Origin: Octopus bimaculoides
Lineage: Eukaryota
Assembly (NCBI RefSeq): GCF_001194135.2
Contig: NC_068984.1
Coordinates: 64,037,624-64,101,623 of the forward strand
DNA: 64,000 nt
Reading direction: 5' to 3'
Below are positions 53,971 through 64,000 of this stretch, in pieces (the stretch's first letter is position 1; each line of letters starts with the position of its first letter). The notes beneath the pieces are model-generated. The model was given only the letters and a program-made list of their open reading frames with translations, had not been told where the DNA came from and made no database searches. A program made the position numbers and the translations under genes.

Positions 53971-55369
53971 CCTGATTTTTTTTCCTTTCAAATGTTAATA
54001 CGAGGCCATCAATTTCTTCTAACTCTACACAATTTGAACTTAATATTTCCTATTTTCGTTATTTTCGTTACATTTTTTCGCCGGGCAAACGTGTCCAGCT
54101 ATGTGCATCTTGGATAGTTGATACGCGTTGTGTGTGTGTATGAATGTGAAATTATTCCATTTGGCTTATGCTCAGTTCCAAGACTATTATTTAATGTGCG
54201 CTATATATAATGATAAATCCTTGGATGTTGTTATGCGTTTGTTAGTGTGTTACAAATACTTCCGCAGTATATTTGTTTTAAAGCCCCACATTCTAGTTTT
54301 CCCTGTTTCTGGATGTTTATACGTGGATTGCTTTCTCATTTCTTTCAGAGTTATATATTGTTGTCTGCTGGAATTGATACGTTGAATCGTAAACATTTCT
54401 TTATATAATAGTTTTAAACAAAAGTATGCGGTCAATTTTTATATCATTCCCAATGTCTGCATGAGTTACCAATCCCGAGATAAGTCATTTTGAAGAGTTC
54501 GCTGATATATGTTTACACTGTTTCTTTCTCGGTATTTCATGTTTCTGACGTAATTTACTGTCTATGAAGCGTTCATAACTGTCAATCCTGTACGTCTGTA
54601 AGAACTTACCAGTTGCACAATACGAACTGTTATCTCACATTAATTTCTGTGTCAGATGGTGTAAATTGTATCTATGTGCAGCATTTCTTTCTTATTCTAT
54701 TTTGTCTTGCCAATTCAGTTGACGTTCAATCGAGATTATTAATATAACTTACAATTATAACTACTAGAATATGGTGCCTATTATTTTACTTTTAGTATTT
54801 AACTCTGTTTTATGTATTAATTTAATGTCTATACTTTCCCTTCCTAAACTATTATTTCATTACCGTGTAGTGTTGCCGTCTAGTTTATCAATTCTGTACA
54901 AGTTAATGTAATTCTGTCTTGGTATAATACTCATAACTCGCTTTCTTTATCTAACATAATATTAGTATATTTAAATTAATTTTCCTATTTTCTATACTGT
55001 CTGGCGACGTTTTCTAATCCGAATGTCATATAAATGCGTCTCGCGTCTCTTCGCGTTGTTTATAACAGTGATTACAGTTGTTTATCATCCATAGTATACA
55101 GCCGGAAGTCATTCATAAGCAACACATGTTTGATTGATTTCCTACAATATTTCTGTCCGAGTTGGTCTAGTTGAACATGTAGTTTCACAGTCTTAAGGTC
55201 AGACATATAAGAGGCGCTAGGAACTTCCATCACATCATTAATCTAAAACTAATGAGAATTGCAATTTATAATTCTATTTTTATATTTTCAAAATTATGGG
55301 CCATGTATTTATGTCATAACTGATATACATTTTTATGGCTGTTATTCATAATACATTCTGTTATAGGTA

Positions 55370-55550
55370 CTAGGATTAGAATTTGTGCGTAGGGAGCTAG
55401 TTGAGTACATCAGCCCCAGTTCTTGATTGGTATTTATTTCATCGACCCCAAGGGGATGAATGGCAAAGTTGACATCGACGGAATTTGAACTCAGAACGCA
55501 CAACCAACAGAAATGCTGCTAAGCATCAACTCCGCCAGCTCGCCGGCTTA
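55370..55550 (-). mobile_element. OK-like SINE
   Basis: ttggtatttatttcatcgaccccaaggggatgaatggcaaagttgacatcgacggaatttgaactcagaacg. Confidence 0.8.
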
Positions 55551-56989
55551 TAATTGCTGTTAATAACAATGTTGCCGAAACGGTCTATAGCTTTCTGCAG
55601 TTTTCAATTCTGCAGTTTCTCTACGCTATGATAAAATGTTGAGCAGGATTTAATTTGTCTTTTGCATGTTTGTTACGCTTTCCAAAATCAGAATTCGTCG
55701 TCAAAGATATTAATGCAGTTAAGCATTTGTATTCTGTACGCAAACACTTTACGACCGTCTAGATTTGGAGATTATCTGTTATTTAATCTTGAGGATTCAG
55801 ATGTGCTTTCTTTTTGTTTTGTTTTTTTCTGTTGTTGAATCATTTAGGTAACGTTTGTTGTTCTTTCAATTCATCATTAAATACTATTGGTAGATATATT
55901 TATGTGTCGACGTTTAAATAATTCAACTAAACGTTGGAAATTTTATCACATCCTCTTAGGTTCTGCACTTACTGGTTAAAAGATTTTCGTCTGTGACAAT
56001 CCTTAGATGTCCATGCATCCAACAAATATTTCTGCATCTCATTCTTATAGAGCCGCTTAAATTTCCATTTTATTTTTACATAGCCCTTGAGGAAAGCATT
56101 ATCGGGCTATAGTGAAACTTTTTTGTTTGTTCACGTAATCGTTGCTTCTTTCGATAACGAGGGGACTATTAATGATTTAGTGAGGATATCTCCAGGCTTT
56201 CTTTGATTTCATTTTATTCTACATCATTGTAGCCTGTGTATCTTCAACTATTTCCATTTGTATATTTACGCTATTGATTTCATTAGAGATTCAGATATCT
56301 CTTCTTTCATTTTTATGTTTCCATGCATGATTATCACAATGCTAGTGTGCTTTCAAACATTCTCGTATAAATAGCTCTGAGGAACTCTCTTCATATCTTT
56401 GTAACTACGATGGTTGCTACACAGATTATTTGATACATCCTGGTGGTACTTATATTAGCATCAGTTTTCCTAAACTCTACTTCAGCTAGTTTTTAGGCTT
56501 TCTTTTTCATTGCCGTTGGTATTTTATTATTAAATTCTAACCTTAAATGTGTGTGTCAATTATAATATTTTTATATTTATTTCTCACTTAAAACTATTTT
56601 GATACAATCCTATCTTGTTTTCGATTGTTTCTCATATTTCATTTTAATTATATCTCTGTTTCAGATTTTTGCTAAGTTTTCTCTCTGTTTTTCTTATTCT
56701 TTTAGACTAGTTTGTTTCGTTCAACATTTATTTAATTATTGTGCAATGGACTACATGCAACANNNNNNNNNNTCCCTCCGCTAGCAATATATATTGTATA
56801 TAAAGGGTACACCTTCGCACCGATAACCAGCGCAAGATCTGCCTGAGGTTAAACAGTGGTAACAAGAAACAGTAACTTTGATGTGATGAATGACTTTTCT
56901 TGTTGCTTTAGTTACTACTCTGATAATGAAACACATCAAGAAGTGTCAATTCCTGAACTTCAAGAAACCAGCCATTAACAATAGGATAG

Positions 56990-57160
56990 AACTACGCGAA
57001 GCAGGCTGGTTGCTGTAGCTACGACCGTCTACACATGCCACCTTCCTCCTTCCTCTCTTCTCTCTTTTCACCACGAATACGCTTCTGGGCAACAAACGTT
57101 TTCCAACTTCCGCATTTCCGAATGGCCAGATGAAACGGTATTTAACCCGAAATGTAGAAA
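56990..57160. promoter_or_regulatory. CpG-enriched, promoter-like patch with tandem ETS-type motifs
   Basis: About 11 CpGs in 170 bp; ACTTCCG (57106-12) and ATTTCCG (57114-20) beside a polypyrimidine tract; no similarity noticed to the window's repeats. Confidence 0.3.
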
Positions 57161-57767
57161 TACAAGTTAAAATTGCAACTTTTTGTTATGTTTTCAATTT
57201 CTAGTTTAGTTTGTAACTTCTTGCAATGTTCCGACTTTACAGAAATGTTTAATATTTAATTTCATATATATTTGTATGTGTGTGTATGTGCGTGTGTGTG
57301 TGTATGTGTGTGTGTGTGTGTGCGTGTGTGTGTGTGTGTGTGTGTATACGTGTGTGTATGCGTGCGTATGTATCAGAGAGTAAGAGTGAATGCTTGAGAG
57401 ATGAGGTGCGAATGAAAGAGAGAGAATGATAGTCCCCATGACTTTAGAAAAAAGTTATAACAATCATTATTTGTTCGGTGGCCTCGATATTTCTAACTTC
57501 AACAATTTTATTTTTCTGGTTTGAATTTGTCTATTTTGTTTCCGTATGTTGTTTATATTTCAGTTACTTATTTTAAACACTTTAATATGTAAAAATTAAT
57601 TAATTGTGACAGAAGCAGTATTAATACCAAACGGTAATATTCATCCCCACTTAAAAGAAGATGATATGATATAACAGAATAATTACGATAGTTGCCATGA
57701 CAGGTTTTCTCATGAGTAGAATAGGATAAATACTAGCTTTACTATATCTTTTATTTCCTGTGGCTAA

Positions 57768-58288
57768 CTCTTTACTTCTTACAGTCATTTGATTGTGGCC
57801 ATGCTGGAGCACCGCCTTTAGTCGAGGAAATCGACCCCAGGAATTATTCTTTGTAGGCCTAGTACTTATTCTATCGGTCTCTTTTGCCGAACCGCTAAGT
57901 TACGGGGACGTAAACATACCAGCATCGGTTGTCAAGCGATGTTGGGGGGACACACACAGACACACAAACACAGACACACACACACACACACACACACANN
58001 NNNNNNNNNNNNNNNNNNNNNNNNNNNNNNNNNNNNNNNNNNNNNNNNNNNNNNNNNNNNNNNNNNNNNNNNNNNNNNNNNNNNNNNNATATATATATAT
58101 ATACATATATATACACATATATACGACGGGTTTCTTTTCAGTTTCCGTCTACCAAATCCACTCACAAGACTTTGGTCGGCCCGAGGCTATAGTAGAAGAC
58201 GAATGCCCAAGGTGCCACGCAGTGGGATTGAACTCGGAACCATGTCGTTAGTAAGCAAACTACTTACCACACAGCCACTCCTACGCCT
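57768..58288 (-). mobile_element. OR-like SINE, most complete copy (internal N gap)
   Basis: Head AGGCGTAGGAGTGGCTGTGTGGTAAG, B box GGTTCCGAGTTCAATCCC, full 3' tail. Confidence 0.92.
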
Positions 58289-59049
58289 AACTGTTTTTTT
58301 ATTTTCACACATTGCCCGTTTGTTTTGATATTCCCATTTTGTTTCTGTAACTAATATTTTGTTGTTTCGAAAAAGAAATTAAAGCTTCTTTGGTCTTCAG
58401 ATGTTATATGTGCCTCTTGTAATAGACATAATTGTGGGATATCTTAGAGCTGACTCTTTATTTAGATTGTCTTCAATTCATGGGTATCGATTTATATTTC
58501 TCTCTGGAGATAGAGACTTTTGCAAACAGATATTTTTCTTTTGCTCCCTAGGCCTCAAATGTAAAATATTTCATTTTCATACTGGACCGATTGGTACAGA
58601 TATCATTTGTATTTTTGTCATACATTTGACCAAGTAATTCATGGTTGTGTATTAACTTGAGTAACATGAGTGTATTTACTCTTGGAGGTTAATCGACTGT
58701 CAGTTCATAATATATTTAGAAGATATGACAAAGTAACTAAATGGCGATAGTGCTTACTTTCTTAATGTTTCACGCTTCCAGATATGATTTAGTAAATGTC
58801 TCATTATTCTCAATGGCGTTTTATATCGTTTCAGTCAGGTTAATTGTTATTTTCCGAAACCATGAAGCGGCCATGAATATTGTACTTCATCCGCTGTGAT
58901 ACTGTTATTTTTTCTTATATAAAGATTATGTCCTTCTTAGAATAAAAACATTCTCCTGGATTCCACAGTACACAGTTCTTTCTGAAACACGAAAATGAAA
59001 TAATAGTGTGATTATCAGAATCTTTATTTTAAACCAATTTTGCACAGAA

Positions 59050-59420
59050 TGTATGTAAATACTCGGTTAGTGGCTTTGGATTTTGGATACAGGATTAACA
59101 GGGATATTTTAAATTCGCTTTGTTTCTCTTGTAAATTCATGTAAGAATTGCTGTTTTCTAGACTTTCTTCCTTGACGATTACTTGGCTATCAGTACACTT
59201 CTTCCACAGATTTACAACAATAGAAACAAACGCGTTATCATTACTATAATTTCTTTTCATTTGTGTATGCAATAGTCTGGATTTGCAAACATTTGCCAAC
59301 TTCTCCTTATAAGCTTGTATACGGCTATGGATCACGCACATAGACGATTTATGGATGTTGACCACTTTGTCTTTTAATGTTGCATTAGGCTAGGTATCAT
59401 ATTGCTCATTCTCTCTTTCT
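59050..59420 (-). mobile_element. CR1/L2-like LINE, 3' ORF2 remnant
   Basis: SNMIPSL (cf. ATKMIPSL) and CKSRLLH...NAFVSIVVNLWKK (cf. FFSNRVVNxWNxL). Confidence 0.55.
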
Positions 59421-60084
59421 CTCCCTTTGTACATCAGCAGGTTGTATTTACTTTCCGCTGCCCTTTCTATTCTGTTATCATACCAATTTTAAATTCTTGT
59501 TGTTTAATATTACAAATTTGTTCCATAAAGGTCGTTCACTTTTATATTCTGTCTAGTGATAGTTTTCTGATGGCTTAGGCAGAGGTGGAAAGTAGGTTTT
59601 ACGATACATCTTACGATTAGTAAGATTGGTCAAAGAAATAGATGGAGTTAAACTCCGACCATTGGCACAACCCGAATGATTGCAAGGGATTATATTCCGT
59701 CAAATAAACTCAAAGACCAGCTGATGACTATTATGTAGATGGCCGTTGTAAATTCCTCTCTGGAGGTGATTCTCAGCTGGTCTTGCAGAAATATATTTTA
59801 TGCCATACTTGATTCACAACACTCTGGTTGAATTGAGACCTTAGTAATGAAGAGAAACACATATGCCCAATTCCCCATGCAGTGACATCAGACGTATTCA
59901 CATAAAGAGTTCCATTTTCTATACAATCAGTAATAAACTGCAGTATATCATGTGCATGTCTGTGAACATTTTAAACATGAATTATTGGATACTATTGGGT
60001 TCATGAGCACCCACTTTTCATATTTTCTGAAGCATCATCATTATTATTATTGTTCTTATTGTTTTTGTTGTCGTCGTTGTTTCA

Positions 60085-60257
60085 GGTTTGGTCTTATTAG
60101 GAGCATTTCATCCGTCTTAAAGTTCTGAGTTCAAATTCCGCGGAAGCCGACTTTGCCTTTCATCTTTTCGGTGTCTATAAAATAATTACTAGTTGAACAC
60201 TCGGGTCGATGCACCCTCTTTTACAATTGCTGGCCTTCTGCCACAATTTGTAATCAT
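60085..60257 (+). mobile_element. OK-like SINE
   Basis: gttctgagttcaaattccgcggaagccgactttgcctttcatc...ctggccttctgccacaatttgta. Confidence 0.8.
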
Positions 60258-60289
60258 TATTATAATTATTGTCATCATCACTAGCCGTA

Positions 60290-60316
60290 GAAGCAGCAGC
60301 AGCAGTAGTAGTAGTG

Positions 60317-60390
<74 letters not shown>

Positions 60391-60580
60391 CGTGGTGGTG
60401 GTGGTGGTCGTGGTGGTCGTGGTGGTGGTCGTGGGGCGGTAGAGGGTGGTGGTGGTGGTGGTAACAGCAGCAACAAAAGCAGCAGTAGCAGTGTCAGTAA
60501 CAGCGGCAGCAGCACCAGTAGTAGTAGTAGTAGTAATAGTAGTAGTAGTAGTAGTAGCAGTAGCAGCAGCAGTAGTAGTA
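60290..60580. repeat. Compound trinucleotide microsatellite (AGT)n-(GGT/CGT)n-(AGC)n-(AGT)n
   Basis: Direct reading. Confidence 0.95.
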
Positions 60581-60599
60581 AGTCAATTCTTGGTAGCAC

Positions 60600-60953
60600 A
60601 CCGTTTTAGTTGATCCGATCAACGGAACGGCTTGCTCGAGAAATTAACGTGCAAGTGGCTGAGCACTCCACAGACACATGTACCCTTAATGTAGTTCTCG
60701 GGGAGATTCAGCATGACACAGAGTGTGACAAGGCTGGCCCTTTGAAATACAGGTACAGCAGAAATAGGAAGAAAGAGTGAGAGAAAGTTGTGATAAAAGA
60801 GTACCGCAGGGTTCGTTACTATCCCCTGTCGGGGCCTCATGAAGCTTTAGGTGTTTTCGGTCAATAAACACTCACAAAACCCGGTCTGGGAATCGAAACC
60901 ACGATCCTACGATCACGATTCCGCTGCCCTAACAACTGGACCATTGCGCCTCC
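60600..60953 (-). mobile_element. Third tRNA-derived SINE family
   Basis: Minus-strand head GGAGGCGCAATGGTCCAGTTGTTAGGGCAGCGG...GGTTTCGATTCCC (A and B boxes) followed by a unique body. Confidence 0.8.
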
Positions 60954-62204
60954 AATAGTCATTTCGTACACGCCTCATAAACCCATAAATTTCTATCTCT
61001 TCAGATAACCAAATAGAATATTCATTTTCTGCAATGGCAAAAATTATCATATTGTGATTAAAACTACTGGACAAATGTAAACTATATATGAGAATGTATT
61101 GTCGCAGTAAATCCAGAGAAATTGTAGCTTAAATATGCTGAAAACTTTGGCATATAATCAAAAGCAAGAAGCAGGTTAAGATTAATTCAAAGTAAATGAC
61201 ATTTTTCCGATGCTGAGTTGAATGGATAAACTGGCAAAGTTCCTATCATGGAGATGTGATGCGAAGCCAACTAGGATTGGTATGATATTCCTGCCCTGAC
61301 AGCAATAGTTAACATTGTAAACATCATTGATTTGTAAGCGTCGCATAGACAGCATATTCGAGATGTACGGCAACATTTTAAGATAATTTTACTTAAAGCA
61401 ATTGTTGGGAATATTCTGCAAAATCTAAAAACATCTCAATTTAACTTCGATCATTTTCAAAGCAATTTATTTTTAGGAAATAAGAATTAAATTCCTTAAT
61501 TTACAAATACGTTTGGCCTTGATTGATTTCTTTATTAACATTCTGGCAGATACAGATTGGAACATGCAAGGGCATGGCAAAATCAATTTAATAAAAAATG
61601 TTTTAGTAGAAAATAATTGTGCTGCAACTGTTATTCCTATAACCAAAATTTGTTATTGAATATGTGAGGCATATTATTAGTAAATGCTATTTAAGGGCTT
61701 CTTTATGTTACTATATCTAATATAATTTCCATTTCTAGTAGTAGTCATTATATTTCTCTTTATCGAACAGGATTTGAGAATTTTATGAGGACAGGACATG
61801 CAGTATAAATGTATGTGCTTGCAACTATGTAGCTATATATAATGCATATCACTAATTAATTAGTTGCACACAAAATATGAATAATTTCAGCAGTAAAAGT
61901 AGAAATTTATTCAGAGCATGTAACGCAGAAACGCACGCGTGCACACACGCGCACACAGACAGACAAACACATGTACACTCAAAGGCCAACACAAATGCAT
62001 ACAGACAAGTAGTTGTCGATTCGTAAACGAGGATGATCATCATTGACAAATTACCTTATCCTAAATGTTAAAGACAATGACTGTCAGCGATTCCTATACA
62101 GAAACTTAGAGTGAATAACAACTTACACAAACATACACACACACACACACACACATCACATACACACANNNNNNNNNNNNNNACACACACACACACACAC
62201 ACAT

Positions 62205-62245
<41 letters not shown>

Positions 62246-63072
62246 ATCGCCTCATGCATGAAAGGCGTGAGGCAAAAATATTAAACATTTAAATATCTGC
62301 CGACCTATGAAGAATTTAATCAAATGAATAACTAAATGTTAAACTTAGGAAAATCATGCCACCTAGTCACAATATTACTGGTTGGTCACTTATGAAACTA
62401 TCTTGCTTTACGAGTATAATACAATAATCCATCCCTAATTTATAGTTAGCAGAATAATGTATTCAAAATGATCATCAAACTGCAAATTCCAACCATTGAA
62501 AAAGTGGAAAAAAATTGTACTCATGTCTTTAGCAAGAGTTTCATACACTCGTTTAAAGTACATTATTAAAAGAGTTCTAGAATTTAAATAAGTTTGCACC
62601 AGAAGTGATCAATGGTTTTTATGACAACATTTTTTTGAAAATCCCTTTTTATGTATCGCTGTTTTTTGTTCGTAGAACTGATTATAACTATAGTATATTA
62701 TTATCAATTCAATACACGAATGCAGTCAATGTCATTCAAGAGTTCTATATTGAAAAGGTATATGCAAAATGGTATCCTAACACACCTTGATTGCTTGAAA
62801 TATCATAAAGCTATGCATACATAATATNNNNNNNNNNNNNNNNNNNNNNNNNNNNNNNNNNNNNNNNNNNNNNNNNNNNNNNNNNNNNNNNNNNNNNNNN
62901 NNNNNNNNNNNNNNNNNNNNNNNNNNNNNNNNNNNNNNNNNNNNNNNNNNNNNNNNNNNNNNNNNNNNNNNNNNNNNNNNNNNNNNNNNNNNNNNNNNNN
63001 NNNNNNNNNNNNNNNNNNNNNNNNNNNNNNNNNNNNNNNNNNNNNNNNNNNNNNNNNNNNNNNNNNNNNNNN

Positions 63073-63110
<38 letters not shown>

Positions 63111-64000
63111 ACAAACATTATGGCATTTCAATCTCAAAGAAAATTATAACAATGTTGCCAGAGGAAATTTTATATAACATCGTATATCTTTAGTATAGAA
63201 CAAAATAACCCAATTATGTTTCTGTCTATGTTGTTTAGGAGCAATATATTGCTTGTTTGTCAATGATGTTTGATGTTTATGCAAAAAGTTTTAAAAAATA
63301 TAGAGCTTATCTTGGTCAAGGATATTTGGAGAATATAGATTATTCTAAGCTCTCCTTTTCATCACAGATTCAAATAAAAATGAAGCTGAAAGAATTTGCT
63401 TGGAGCAAATATTAATGGATATCGTTAAAGCTGTAAAATATTGGAGTTCCATCCACTAACGATAAAATATATTGTTTGCGTGTAAGGAGAATAGAAGGGA
63501 TCCGATAATTTTATAGAAAATATACAATTACTAAACAAATAAAAGAGAAAATAAAGTTAAGAGTGAAGGTAAAAACAATTAGTAGTGATAATATTTGCTA
63601 TGTACTCATAAAGAATTCCAAATATAAATATGAAATGTTATTGAAATCCATTTTAAAACTCCATAAGACTCATATTTCTTTGATAGAATTTCAAAAAGAA
63701 AGATCGCATAAACTTATATTTCAGATTTTTAAGCAAACGGTTTCCAGAAAACAGCGTACTGCTCATATATAAATTGTTGACATGTAGTAAAAGAATTATA
63801 GCAAAATACAGAAAATATTGAATGATTTTGACAATAAGCGCGTTGAATAATTTCATCTCCCTCTTGGACTCGAGTTAAATGTCTTCCTCTCTCCCAATTT
63901 TGTGTTAATGAGAAGAGATTCGTACGAAAAAGTGTACACACACACACTCACACACACAAACATACACACATACACAAATATACACATATGCATATATATA

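Noticed and set aside
60189-60609. Ser/Gly-rich (plus) and Leu/Pro-rich (minus) ORFs of about 137 aa
   Set aside because: Made of a SINE end plus trinucleotide microsatellites; stop-free by composition, with no splice context.
306-63137. Many track ORFs with [12 protein letters not shown] runs and X stretches
   Set aside because: Translations of (TA)n, (CA)n, (GA)n and N gaps.

Overview
AT-rich, repeat-dense animal genomic DNA with many N gaps flanked by (TA)n/(CA)n. The tRNA-headed SINE families point to a coleoid cephalopod, most likely Octopus (inference). I found no intact protein-coding gene: the window looks intronic or intergenic, and nearly all ORFs in the track are microsatellite or gap artefacts. 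Recognisable content: about 20 tRNA-derived SINE copies; decayed transposases of mariner, Tc1 and maT (DD37D) type; a hAT MITE with a perfect 8-bp TSD; a mariner derivative made of two inverted 5' ends nested in a SINE; and remnants of Penelope-like, R4/Dong and CR1 retrotransposons. Most interesting: (1) type I hammerhead-ribozyme folds in Penelope-like repeats, one downstream of a tRNA-like Pol III head (544-742) and one inverted pair with a U4C core variant (7137-7366); (2) a ~670-bp fold-back with ~96% identical ~200-bp non-microsatellite arm cores (21331-22003); (3) recurrent head-to-head inverted junctions at Penelope-like repeats. Identities and alignments were estimated by eye.
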